Shown piece by piece: positions 32,419 through 44,910 of a DNA stretch of 64,000 bases. Every line of letters starts with the position of its first letter. Position 1 is the stretch's first letter. Location: the NCBI GenBank assembly GCA_963693365.1, contig CAVNZM010000005.1, positions 12,934,377-12,998,376 of the forward strand. The letters are read 5' to 3'. Origin of the DNA: Amoebidium appalachense (taxonomy: Eukaryota > Protista > Ichthyosporea). The position numbers and the translations under genes are program-made. Below the pieces are notes generated by a model that made no database searches, was not told the origin of the DNA, and worked only from the letters and a program-made list of their open reading frames with translations.

Positions 32419-33066
32419 ATGTTGGCCCCCCCCACATTTTCTAATGTAATTTTTCACATTAAGACTTTGTTGAGATAAAAATTATCTCAACAGAGATAAT
32501 TTATTGTTTTGTTGTAACCAAAATCGATATAAATAGTCAACACTGTACAGCGTGAAAGACAACTCGCATGTTTGTGCGAATGAGTGAAGTGATTGGGGTG
32601 GCCAGGTAGGCTGCTGGTAAAATAGGGTGAGTCGCCTTTTGTAGACCAGCACGTGACTTAGTGTTTCCTGCCATTGTAGATATCATCATTTATGCGAACA
32701 CGGCTGCATAGGTGCCTTGCCATTGCTAGACACTACCTGAAGCATCTGCTAACTGCATGTTTGAACGCAAACGAATAAAAACGAACACAAACCTTACTAA
32801 TGATTTCATATGATTGTCCTGCCTGACTTGAGTTTATGACCTGTCTAGACATCGACCTCCCCCCTCCCTCTCCTCCTCCCCCTCCTCCTCCCCTCCTTCT
32901 CTCCTAACCCTCTCCCCCCCCCCCCCCCCCCCCCCCCCCCCACCCCCCTCCCTCCTCCCTGCCCAAATACACACACGTGCACAGAAAAACCGACACCCAC
33001 ACACAAAAGGATTTGCCTGTATATTATCATGAACACTCGCCCACTGCACATTGTTAACCTCCCTCC

Positions 33067-33097
<31 letters not shown>

Positions 33098-33327
33098 TTT
33101 GTTCTTGCCCCCACGCATACTTCAGGGCCCTTCCCCGCAGCCCCTATAAACGTACATGAGCAGTCTCCTTTGTTCGCTATCCTTAGACGAATGACGAGAA
33201 AACTTTGAGCTCTGCTTGTGTGGGTGCACATACTGATGTTAGTAGGACCCCCCCCCCCCCCCCCCCCGCCCCTCTCCCCTCCCCCCCCCCTTCCCTCTCT
33301 CTCTCTCTCTCTCTCTCCCCCCCCCCC

Positions 33328-33370
<43 letters not shown>

Positions 33371-33742
33371 CCTCCCCCACCACCACCACCACCACCACTG
33401 GTACCTCAAGGCAAGATTACAATCAAGACACCACCCACCCACCCATGGGCTGGGCCAAAGAAAAGAAAACACATCACACACACGCTGTGCGCGCATGCAC
33501 ACGCACACATGTCCACACACACATACATGTGTACACGCGAACACACACACACACACACACGGGTCCACACACGCGCGCGCGTACGGACACGTGCCGTATA
33601 CTATATCACACAGACTTGTACGGTATATGCCGATGCCATCACATTAAGAATCCCCCACCATGAGAACAAACTACTAAGCACTTGGGCCCTACTATGGTAC
33701 CACATTGATCCGTTTGGGGTGTTGTTACTGGTGGACATGCCG

Positions 33743-33777
<35 letters not shown>

Positions 33778-33876
33778 TCCCCCAATGGCCGGCTGAACGT
33801 CCCCCCTCGCTTCCCCTGAGAGACTTCAAACCATTTGCCCCCCCACTCATACCCGTGCGGCCTGATGGCAATAACT

Positions 33877-34250
33877 TTAGAACATCTGCATGACAGCGCT
33901 ACGGGTTGTCCAAAAAATGAAAATATGCGCCGCCACCACATCAATTCACTTGGAACAGCCTGTTGTCATTCAACGTCAACGTCAACCCGACTTCAGCTGA
34001 TGTAGTCCCTCCTCTATCTTTAACGGTTAAATCATACTAGTCTTTTCCAATGCACTGTAGCTAATCATTGGTTTCTTGGTTGAAGCCCCCCACATCAGTC
34101 GCTATCGATTGCACATCTGCAACCGTTAGTAATCAACCTTGGCAGCAACGAGGTTATTTTTTATTATTATTTTCAGTTGAACGAGATGCATATGCTGGTT
34201 GGCAAATGGTGTTGGGGTGGCCACGAGTATTTGGTGCGCTTGCATTATAG
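33877..34250 (+). pseudogene. Eroded gypsy-like integrase, 5' part
   Basis: Degenerate motifs LEHLHDSATG (cf. L..LHDSP.GGH), P.SVAID and GYFLLL...DAYAGW (cf. YLLV.VDAYSKW). Confidence 0.4.
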
Positions 34251-34275
34251 CAAGGCGCATGGGGGGGAGGGGGGG

Positions 34276-34306
<31 letters not shown>

Positions 34307-34373
34307 AGGGGGGGAGAGTGCCACGCTCGGAGAGAGAGAGAGAGAGAGTGAGGGGGGGGGGGGGGGGGGTGCC

Positions 34374-35332
34374 CTGACACTCGATCACCACATGCACATC
34401 TGCATAGTTGAGGAATGTTGCCAATTGTGTTTTGACTGCAAACGATTGGTTCACTGGTCCCAGAGATCTCTAAATGAAAGTAACCAATCCGATTAGCGCC
34501 TGGCATCCGGATTACATTCCAGACTGCTGCCCCACGGGTATATAAGCCACGTCTCTGCCAAGTTCAGTCATGGAGTAAAGTCATGGAGTTCAGTCATGGA
34601 GTAAAGACGTGGAGTTCAGTCATGGAGTTAACACACTGAAAGCAGTAAAAAAAAAAAAAAAAAAACGGGTCAGCGCCCAAGCGCGCCACGACGACCCTGG
34701 TCACAGCGGACTCTGCCTCTAACTTCACGTCCCCTACGACGCCTTGAACGGAGGAGCCAGAAACCGACTTCTAGGCTGTACCCTACACCCGCGAGCGTAT
34801 TTCCGTGAAGTAGAGACTTTCGCTTCCACAAACTCCATCCGCAGCAGCCTGCGACATCAACGTCAAGTATTCCACTTCATTGGCGGGGCACGCACCACAG
34901 TGGAATGCACACCCCGGTCTACCCTGCAAGCAGCCACACTCACTCTCTCTTCTCTAGTGGTGTGTACACTTCTCCAATTGGGTAGGGGTGTTGGAGTGCA
35001 GACTTACGCTCACTCCACAATATGTGTATGTTAGCTTTACAATTGGTTCCGTGTACACAGACACACGCTGACACTCGATCACCACATGCACATCTGCATA
35101 GTTGAGGAATGTTGCCAATTGTGTTTTGACTGCAAACGATTGGTTCACTGGTCCCAGAGATCTCTAAATGAAAGTAACCAATCCGATTAGCGCCTGGCAT
35201 CCGGATTACATTCCAGACTGCTGCCCCACGGGTATATAGGCCACGTCTCTGCCAGGTGCAGACATGGAGTTCAGACATGGAGTTCAGACATGGAGTTCAG
35301 TCATGGAGTTCAGTCATGGAGTTAACACACTG

Positions 35333-35367
<35 letters not shown>

Positions 35368-37148
35368 GGGTCAGCGCCCAAGCGCGCCACGACGAGGGCC
35401 TAGTCACAGCGGACTCTACTTCCAACAGGGTTATGGGCCCAGACACGACACCGCGGCCTCTAACTTCACGTCCCCTACGACGCCTTGAACGGAGGAGCCA
35501 GAAACCGACTTCTAGGCTGTACCCTACACCCGCGAGCGTATTTCCGTGAAGTAGAGACTTTCGCTTCCACAAACTCCATCCGCAGCAGCCTGCGACATCA
35601 ACGTCAAGTATTCCACTTCATTGGCGGGGCACGCACCACAGTGGAATGCACACCCCGGTCTACCCTGCAAGCAGCCACACTCACTCTCTCTTCCCTAGTG
35701 GTGTGTACACTTCTCCAATTGGGTAGGGGTGTTGGAGTGCAGACTTACGCTCACTCCACAATGTGTGTATGTTAGCTCTACAATTGGTTCCGTGTACACA
35801 GACACACGCTGACACTCGATCATTACAATTGGTTCCGTGTACACAGACACACGCTGACACTCGATCACCACATGCACATCTGCATAGTTGAGGAATGTTG
35901 CCAATTGTGTTTTGACTGCAAACGATTGGTTCACTGGTCCCAGAGATCTCTAAATGAAAGTAACCAATCCGATTAGCGCCTGGCATCCGGATTACATTCC
36001 AGACTGCTGCCCCACGGGTATATAGGCCACGTCTCTGCCAGGTGCAGACATGGAGTAAAGACATGGAGTTCAGTCATGGAGTAAAGACATGGAGTTCAGT
36101 CATGGAGTTAACACACTGAAAGCAGTAAAAAAACGGGTCAGCGCCCAAGCGCGCCACGACGAGGGCCTAGTCACAGCGGACTCTACTTCCAACAGGGTTA
36201 TGGGCCCAGACACGACACCGCGGCCTCTAACTTCACGTCCCCTACGACGCCTTGAACGGAGGAGCCCAGAAACCGACTTCTAGGCTGTACCCTACACCCG
36301 CGAGCGTATTTCCGTGAAGTAGAGACTTTCGCTTCCACAAACTCCATCCGCAGCAGCCTGCGACATCAACGTCAAGTATTCCACTTCATTGGCGGGGCAC
36401 GCACCACAGTGGAATGCACACCCCGGTCTACCCTGCAAGCAGCCACACTCACTCTCTCTTCTCTAGTGGTGTGTACACTTCTCCAATTGGGTAGGGGTGT
36501 TGGAGTGCAGACTTACGCTCACTCCACAATATGTGTATGTTAGCTTTACAATTGGTTCCGTGTACACAGACACACGCTGACACTCGATCACCACATGCAC
36601 ATCTGCATAGTTGAGGAATGTTGCCAATTGTGTTTTGACTGCAAACGATTGGTTCACTGGTCCCAGAGATCTCTAAATGAAAGTAACCAATCCGATTAGC
36701 GCCTGGCATCCGGATTACATTCCAGACTGGGCCCATAACCCTGTTGGAAGTAGAGTCCGCTGTGACTAGGGTCGTCGTGGCGCGCTTGGGCGCTGACCCG
36801 TTTTTTTTTACTGCTTTCAGTGTGTTAACTCCATGACTGAACTCCATGACTGAACTCCATGTCTTAACTCCATGTCTGCACCTGGCAGAGACGTGGCTTA
36901 TATACCCGTGGGGCAGCAGTCTGGAATGTAATCCGGATGCCAGGCGCTAATCGGATTGGTTACTTTCATTTAGAGATCTCTGGGACCAGTGAACCAATCG
37001 TTTGCAGTCAAAACACAATTGGCAACATTCCTCAACTATGCAGATGTGCATGTGGTGATCGAGTGTCAGCGTGTGTCTGTGTACACGGAACCAATTGTAA
37101 AGCTAACATACACATATTGTGGAGTGAGCGTAAGTCTGCACTCCAACA
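34374..37148. repeat. Tandem array of a ~740-bp unit (partial copy plus ~3 units) ending in an inverted partial copy (36729-37148)
   Basis: Identical segments recur at 34744 and 35485 (period 741). A-tracts lie at 34647, 35333 and 36127, with an inverted T-tract at 36801. Each unit has internal 13-bp CATGGAGTWMAGW repeats. One copy carries a ~38-bp deletion and another a 45-bp duplication. Confidence 0.97.
35360..35995 (-). ncRNA. Putative structured Pol III-type RNA of unknown family (one unit of the array)
   Basis: TATATA at 36019-36024, no T4 run until the terminal T-tract, and multiple helices whose wobble pairs read as G-U only on the minus strand, including a pseudoknot at 35610-35656. 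Confidence 0.5.
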
Positions 37149-37149
37149 G

Positions 37150-37520
37150 TGCGGTTGGTGGTGGTACATACCGGTGGTCGTGTGAATGGGTGGGTGGAGG
37201 GGGGGATGAAGCCCGAAGACAAGCAACTAAGTGAGATAGGTACATGCCGGTTGCAGTACATGCACTGTCTAGCTGTGTTTGCTTACGTGCCACCGGGTAC
37301 GTTTGTGTACGTGTGTGTGTGGGGGGGGAGGGGGGGAGGAGGGAGGGGTGAAGGGGGAGGAGGTTTGGGGGAGGAGAGGGGGAGGGGAGGAGGGCCCCGG
37401 CGGCAGCGCGGGGAGGGGGGGGGGGGAGGAGAGAGAGAGGGAGAAGGGCAGGGGAGAGAATCCCGGGGGAGTGCTATGTGTGTAAGCATAGTCAGTTACA
37501 AACCAACGGCATTGCAGCCA
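37150..37520 (+). pseudogene. Eroded gypsy-like integrase, 3' continuation after the array
   Basis: GMKPEDKQLSEIG (37203; cf. G.PE.I.SDNG) and QTNGIA (37499; cf. PQTNG.AER) appear in the expected order. Confidence 0.4.
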
Positions 37521-37656
37521 CACCAAGGCCAGCCACTGGTATCAAACACACAACCCCTTCGGTGATTGAATCCAATGACGGCCAGGCTGCAAGCTATTAT
37601 TACTATGACATCCTCAGAAGCAAATGCAAACCTCCCGTCCCTTCCCCCCTCTAGAG

Positions 37657-37687
<31 letters not shown>

Positions 37688-37874
37688 ACAACCACCACCA
37701 TCATCCCATCCGTATTTCAGCCACCGTGTGTGTGCTGTTTTAACAGGTATACTCGACATGACATTAATGTGGAGCATTCCTGTTCAGCTGTATGCTAGTC
37801 TTAAGCGCAAATGTGGAGCACGTCACCAGTTGAGTGAGGGAAGCCGGGCGCATTGCCCTGTAACACACAACAAG

Positions 37875-37905
<31 letters not shown>

Positions 37906-38737
37906 AAAACTGAGAGCTCATAACAGGCGATTCTTCATAGCAGCCCACGCACACATGCCTCGGGAACAGAGTCCCATGGCACGCGGCCACCCCTCCGTTC
38001 CCGCTGTTTGGTCTTGAGGACAGGGGGATTATTCCGTTTCCTTGAAACATAAAGCTATAAGAAGGGACAGAAGGAGGCGCCGCTTCTGAGGTGCGGTTGG
38101 TGCGCCCAACTGCCTAAGAGATCAGGTCGAAGCTCCTTTCTGAAATTGTGTGATTGCCAAAGAAACGCGAAACTGGCGCGCTGAGCCTGAGGGCATGTAC
38201 GTTTCCCCAAATTCAAGCTCCCAAAAAACTAGCCACAAAATTATCCTAGAGCACACACACGTGCTTCCGGTAAGAAATCACCGTTTGCCCAACATAGCCA
38301 TGGCGCAGCTCCGTTGACCGTGCGGGCTAGACGTCAACTTTGCCTGCTGTTTTGTGAGCGAGAGTTGTTTACATAAACGCAATCATGTGGAATGTTTCGG
38401 TGTGTGCCAATATTTAGATGTGTTTTCTCTTCGGTTACAAATTTAGATGTTCATGTTGCCACCATCTGCATGGCCAGTTTCATGAACAGCCTCGCGATCG
38501 CTCCGAGAGCGAGTCTAGGCTGCCTGTGTCATTAGTAGCCCTCAGTGATTGGTTGATTCATTAAGTTCGCGCGCTTTCTGGTTCCTCCCATTGGTTGACC
38601 TAATGAGCAGCAAAGATCATGTTCCCACGTGCCTGACACACAGCCGCCCCGTTTGTGTTTTCCCACTCCAAAAAGTCCTGTTTTTTCTGACTCATCCGCA
38701 CCCATCCACGGTTTATCCGCACGCATCCGCCACCAAA

Positions 38738-40487
38738 ATGCCTCCCCTTGCCGAGTAGGTGTCCTGAGAGTGTGTGTGGAGTCACTCGTTGAGAATTTTC
38801 AGTCTTTAGATGGATCAAAACACCCTGGACAGGGACCGAACATTCACACTGACCCCGGCCGATTCGCGTAGAGGATGTCAGTGCTCTCGTTGATGTTTGG
38901 TGGTTTTGAGGTAGCTGGCGGCAGTTCCCAGGGCTAGGAAGTTGTTGGCAGGGTGACTGGTGGCAGACACCCGTCCTTGTTTGGGATCTCCCATGCAGAG
39001 TTATTGCATGTAGAAGACGTTTCAAAATTTAATTGCTTGTATCCAGGAGTCGAAGCTCGCGCGAAGGCGAAAGAAGTTAAGGGCACAGAGCTTCGGAGCA
39101 GGAGCCCGAAACAACCGTTCGAGAGGGAATAAAGGACCTGGGGGGCAGGGGCGGGCGGGAGGGGGGGGGAAGAGGGGCTAATGCACGTGTGTGGTATGTG
39201 CCGGTATGAATATGTTCTCGTGTGTTTCCTCAGTATGTACGTGTTCTGGTGTGTTGCCTCGTTGAAAGTTAGGGGGTTAGGGCACAAAGTAATGTAGGCA
39301 CGGAGAGTTTCCCGTGTGTGTGGGTGACAGGTGAAGAGAAGCATTTGAAGGGGGTTTCTGTTTGCTTATGTTGTGGGAGCAGTGCCGCGGCCACTGAGCC
39401 TACCAAGGATGTGGAGGTGCAGTCTGGCAGCGAGGACTCCGACGATGACCTGCCCCCCCTCGAGAATGCCGAGGGAGGTGTGCCCGCAGGTGCCGAGGGG
39501 GAGAAGCATGCCAGCCGCCTGGAGAAGAAGGTGGGTTGGGGTTGCGTTGGTGGTTGCGTGTGTTTGGAGGGGGGGGGGGGGGGGTATATGGTCAAGTCTA
39601 CCTGGTTTTCATTTTTTGCCTTTGATTTTTGTATGTGCGTTTTTTTTTTAAGGGGGGGGGGGGTGAGAGGGAGGGAGGGGAGGGGAGGAGGGGAGGAAGG
39701 GGTTCTAAGTAGAAGTTTAAAGAGGGCATGGAGGGGTCTGGCTGCTCGAGGGTGGTGTTTTCGGATTCAGTGATCCCTTTTATAGGTAAAGGTCATGAGG
39801 GGAGGGTGGGGTTTTGGGGGTGGGAGGCTGGGAAGTCGCAATGGGTGTATTTCAAAATAGGTGTACTAGGTCCCGTGGGATCCCCCCTCCCCCCTCTCTC
39901 AACCCAGCCCCCGGCCCTCTCTATTCAACACCTGCATGTGTCAGGCTATCGTTTTTTATTGCGTCCTCGTGTCTTTTTATCCTGGTGTTACCCCCCCCCC
40001 CCCCCCCCCCCCCCCCCCTTGGGCATGGGCTCTGTGTATTATGCACACTCCCGTGTTTTTTGCAAAAATCGAGCCATAGGTCGTGAATGTGTGCTTTGTA
40101 CATGCCCTTCATACTCCATCACACACACAAGCCCCCCTCCCCCCCCCCACACACTAGCACACACTAGGGATCTAGCTTTGCTGATGATGCATTTGCTTTC
40201 TGCGCTGTGCACCTTGCAGGGTGTAGTCCGTCATGCCCCCCCCCCCCCCCCCCCCCCCGTGCCCCTTTTACATATCTGCATTTAGTCGTCCCATTGCTGA
40301 ACCTATGCCTCCTGTGTTGTAACACACCTTATTCCACCCTCTCAGGCCCGCAAGGCACTCCTGAAGATGGGTCTGACCCCCCAGCCCGGCTTCAGCCGTG
40401 TGACCATGCGCAAGGCCCCCAACGTACGTGCTGCTCCACCCCCCCCCCTCTCCTCCCTCATTTTTCAACCACCACAGAAGAAGAGGT

Positions 40488-40518
<31 letters not shown>

Positions 40519-41091
40519 GAAAGGAGGGGGGAGTGTGTGTGTGGTGTGTGTGTAGGGGAAGTGTTTTACAGTGTGGTGGTGCCTTCTTTCCTCCTTCCTG
40601 TCTCCCTCCAGCCATTCCTGTGTGATGTCTTGCATCTTCTAGTTTTTACTGGGTGTGGGATGGATGGGTTTGGTGACTGTCATGGTTGACTCTCAGGCGT
40701 AGTGTGTGTGTATGTTGATGTGTTTGTGGGTTGACGTGCACGGGGCCTGTGTGCACGTATGTGTTTGAGTAAGGGAGAGGGGGGGGAAGAGGGGCCGAGG
40801 GTGAGAGGAAGAGAGAGAGAGTGTGTGTGTGTGATGGGTGGGTGTGGTGAGGGTGGGTGTGAGTAGAGGGGTGTGGGGAGGCCATGTTTTGTTGAGGTTA
40901 GCCCTGAGGATTTTCCACTGACTGGGTGGTGCAGATTCTGTTTGTGATCCCCACCCCGGAGGTGTACCGGGCCACGGGCACGGACACGTGGGTGGTGTTT
41001 GGCGACTACAAGATTGAAGACATGCAGGCACAGGCACAGGCCCAGTATGCACAGCAGATGCGCCGCATGCAGGTAGGTCCACACGTACATG

Positions 41092-41125
<34 letters not shown>

Positions 41126-42208
41126 CACACACACAGGCAAGCACACATACATACACACACACACACATAAGCAAACACATATACATACACACACACACTT
41201 ATACATGCACGTGCACACAGTCACAAGCACACATGAGCACATAGGATCACACACATGAAAGCTTTTACACACAAACATCCGCTCTCCCACACGCACACAC
41301 TCACAACACTAGAATACACACACACACACACACACACACAGACACAAAATGAACACAACCAAAGCATGGATGCACATCTACACATGCACGCAGAACCTCA
41401 CACTCCCATGCTCCCAAATGCACACACTCGAACATGGCCCCTGCCACACCGCAACCTCGCACTGTTTAGCCGGCTATGCTCTTTGTTGTCTGGTTACATA
41501 ACTATATCTTGCTCGCCTTCATCGGGGTGACCCACCCACATTTTCACTTCATCGGGGTGACCCACCCACATTTTCAGCATGGGCAGGGCATACTCCACAT
41601 GCTTTGTGTTTTTTTTTTCTTCTTGGCTTCTGATGTAGATCGCTAAGCATTTACATTCCGTTCTGTGCAACACATTCTGACCCCCCCTTGGGCACTGTGG
41701 ATGACATGCCCTCCCTATTGAGGATGGGCTCTGCCTATTATGCTTACTGTCTATGTGTGGTTTGCTTTCTGCATTGTGTTGTCCTTTGTGAACGTGTACT
41801 CAGTAGACTATCACACTACCCCCCCCCCCCCCCCTTCTTTTGCGAGTGTGTGCAGTAACAACTAATCAGCCTTTCTCCCCTCCCCCGAGGGATGGGCTCT
41901 ATTACTGCACACACCTTGCTGCTCCTCACTTTCGTTTACCCTTGTTTCTTTGCATTCTACTGCTTGCAACCCACCATGACCCCATGCATCCAACAGGATA
42001 TGGCCAGTGCAGCAGCAGCTGAGGGCACGAAGGAGGTTGAGGCACCCAGCAACGAGGCAGCAGGGGAGGAGGAGGGTGCCGACGAGAGTGGGCTGGATGC
42101 AAAGGACATTGAGCTGGTCATGGGCCAAGCCAGTGTCAGCAGGCAAAAGGCTGTGGCGGCACTGAGGAAGAGCAACGGCGATGTCGTCAACGCTATCATG
42201 GTATGTGT

Positions 42209-42239
<31 letters not shown>

Positions 42240-42746
42240 GAGATGGGCGGGGAGGGCTAAGGTTGGCAAGGTTGACTGTGCCAACCGACGGTGCATTGGG
42301 TGCTGTGCGGGAAGACATCGAGGAGGGAGGGGAGGGCATGGGTTGGACACCCTCGGGGGGGGGGGGGGGGGGGGGGGGGGAGGGCTTTATGCATATGCGT
42401 TGCGTTTGTGCATGTGTTCGTTCTGGATGTGACTTCATAGGGTTTGTTTTTCATGTGGTTGTTTGTGTGGGTGTGGGTATGGGCTTGATCAATGTGTGAC
42501 TGTGTTGTTTTTTTCTCTCCCCCGGTAAGGAGAGGCGGGGAGGGGGGAGGAGGCGCGGGCTTGTGCCTGTGATTAGAGGGATTGGGGGGAGTCAACTGTT
42601 TGTCTGGTGTATCCCTCGAAGATTGTGGTTTGTTGAGCGCTTGCAGAGGTATTTTTCTTTCTTATCTTTTCTTCCTTTCTTTTTTTTTTTTTTTTGGGGG
42701 GGGGGGGGGGGGGTCCTTCTTTTATTTTCTTTTCTTTCTTTCTTTT

Positions 42747-42777
<31 letters not shown>

Positions 42778-43036
42778 GGGGGAAAGAAGTTTGGACAGAC
42801 AGAAAGGGAGGGGATTTGCGGGTGAGTTCTTTTATGACCCTCTTGATCTTGTGTATGGTTTGCGCACTTGGTGTGATGGTGAAAGAATGTGTCGTGTTAG
42901 GGAAGTGCACAGGGGCGGAGGAAACACACACACACACGGAGATTAATTGGATACTTTTGTGTGTCCCTGTCCGACTTTACGACCGTTATACCTCCAACAC
43001 TGACCCTTTTTGGTCCCCCAGGAGCTGACCATGTAA
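38738..43036 (+). CDS. NACA: Nascent polypeptide-associated complex subunit alpha, ~199 aa; exons 38738-38754, 39383-39530, 40346-40423, 40935-41072, 41997-42200, 43022-43036
   Basis: SRLEKK|[10 protein letters not shown]...RVTMRK|ILFVI..PEVY.....TWVVFG..KIED (NAC domain) and [20 protein letters not shown]....GDVVNAIM|ELTM* (UBA-like C-terminus). All junctions are GT-AG and in phase; the first micro-exon is less certain. Confidence 0.95.
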
Positions 43037-43699
43037 AGTCGCCCAGCCAGCAACCACGCTGGCCCATGTATATTGCCCCCCCACGAAGGTGTGTATAGAG
43101 ACATAGCATAGACCGAGTTATCCCGTGCTGCTGTGCAGCCATTCCCCCCGTACGCAGTTAGTAAATAGCCCTTGGGTGTGTGGCCCTCACACACCCGGGC
43201 AAAATCATTGCCTGTTCTCCCTGTCATGTGACTGCATACGACAGTCCTACCTCTCATACACATGCACACTTGGATGTCCACGTGCACACACACCTACCCA
43301 TAGTGTTGTGCACTGGTGCAAACAGACATGAACATTCAAGCAGGGTTTGAGGCCAACACCTGGCTGCTATGATGAAACCACTCACACACACACACACCAA
43401 CACACCCACACAGGCACACAGGTATGCAAGCACAACCACCCACACAGTCGCGTACACTTGCACACAAACACACCCTCCCTGGAGTGCAGCTACATACACG
43501 AACATGCACACAAACGTTTAGGCTTGCACATACACACACACAACTTTGGCAGGCACACCCACCCACCCGTTTAACCAAGCCAGCCTGCAGCTAAGTGTGC
43601 CTGTACATATGCAATCCGACACCCAGATAGTAGCTATTCCAATGAACAAGGGCGCTGTGGCCTGAAGGTCTAGCAATTCTTGCTACATCATCCCCCCCT

Positions 43700-44855
43700 C
43701 CCCCCCGTACCACAAGCTTCTGTGCTTCTACTGCGTCGCTTCCAAAAACGCTTCGTAGTCACCACAATGGATAAAGCTAGCAACACGTTCGTGATCGTCT
43801 GCAAAAAACACTACGTTAGCAGCATTACAGCCGAACTGCATGACCTGCCGCAACATACACCGTCTGCAACACTCTGCACCAAAAGACATCTTTGCACAAC
43901 ACCTTGCATTTCTCAAAACACATGACATAACACCAGGACGCCGCACTGCACGCCTGTCCACATTTCAAGCCATAGTTAAAAAGCACAAAACACCACCCAC
44001 CTTCCGTTTCATTGCCAACTCCTCTGCCACATCACTTGAACCTCTCTCCCGTCTTCTCACTGGCGTGTTTAAGTTCGTCTCCCCTGATGTTGAACGTATG
44101 TGGTGTGATGTTGTCAAACCCCACCGCACTCACACACACAATCAACGCCCTTAACCGTACCACACGCCAACACGAAAATACGCCCGTGTCTGTGTTTGAT
44201 TTTTCCACACTCTACACCAAGATTGACTTGCACGATTTGAAAGCTCGCCTCACTACACTGATTGACGCAATATTTGTCAAAAAATGCACGGACGCTCGCA
44301 AACCACACATGTTTATTAAGAAGACCGGCTCCACGTTGTCCTGGGTGGATCGTGTAGATGATGATTCCCAGGATGATTTCTTTGAGCCTACAGAACACTC
44401 TCTGCATCTCTCTAAGGCACAGCTTGTGGATTTTCTTATAAATGTGTTTGGCGATACCCTCTACAAACAGGACATTGGTATCCCCATGGGTACAAACTGT
44501 GCTGTTTTCTTGGCTAATTTCTATCTCTTTACTTATGAGTTGGATTTTGTTCGCAAGCTTATTGCACACGACGGCATTGATGTTTTGGTAGATTCTCAGT
44601 TTACTCGCCGCTGCACAGATGATTTGATCTCCCTTCATAATCCTCACATTCTCTCCCACCTCTATTTAGAAGATTGTGATTTCGGTCTATACCCCAAGAC
44701 CAGCCTTCAACTCAACCCTGCCGTTTCCTCCCCCTCTGTCCCCTACCTCGACTTGCATATAACCTGCACTAATCACGGCATTCACACAACCATCTACAAC
44801 AAGCTCGACACACCCACATTCAATACACTAGACATCGTTCGTTTCCCACACCACT
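43700..44855 (+). mobile_element. Degenerate Penelope-like element reverse transcriptase
   Basis: Frameshifted motifs DKASNTFVIVCKKHY, KKHKTPPTFRFI, FDFSTLYTKI, QDIGIPMGTNCAVFLANFYLFTYE, RCTDD (mutated YxDD) and YLDL, TTIYNK. The 3' end is lost in poly-C and no endonuclease is visible. Confidence 0.85.
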
Positions 44856-44876
44856 CTATCCCGATCCCTCCCTCCC

Positions 44877-44910
<34 letters not shown>

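Noticed and set aside
35367-35680. Identification of the repeat RNA as SRP, RNase MRP/P, U3, HDV or twister ribozyme
   Set aside because: Only partial look-alikes are present (GAAAGTCTC, CTGA near the 3' end, CCCAAGC). The required partner motifs (SRP helix 8, CR-V, box A, P3/L3) are missing.
34560-36875. 13-bp CATGGAGT repeats and the other minisatellites as a CRISPR-like array
   Set aside because: The repeats are directly tandem with no unique spacers and there are no cas genes.
34126-37234. Repeated small ORFs (MPGANRIG…, MNGGARNR…) in the 740-bp units
   Set aside because: They have non-ATG or inconsistent starts, are disrupted by indels between copies and carry no recognisable motif; the recurrence is explained by the DNA repeat.
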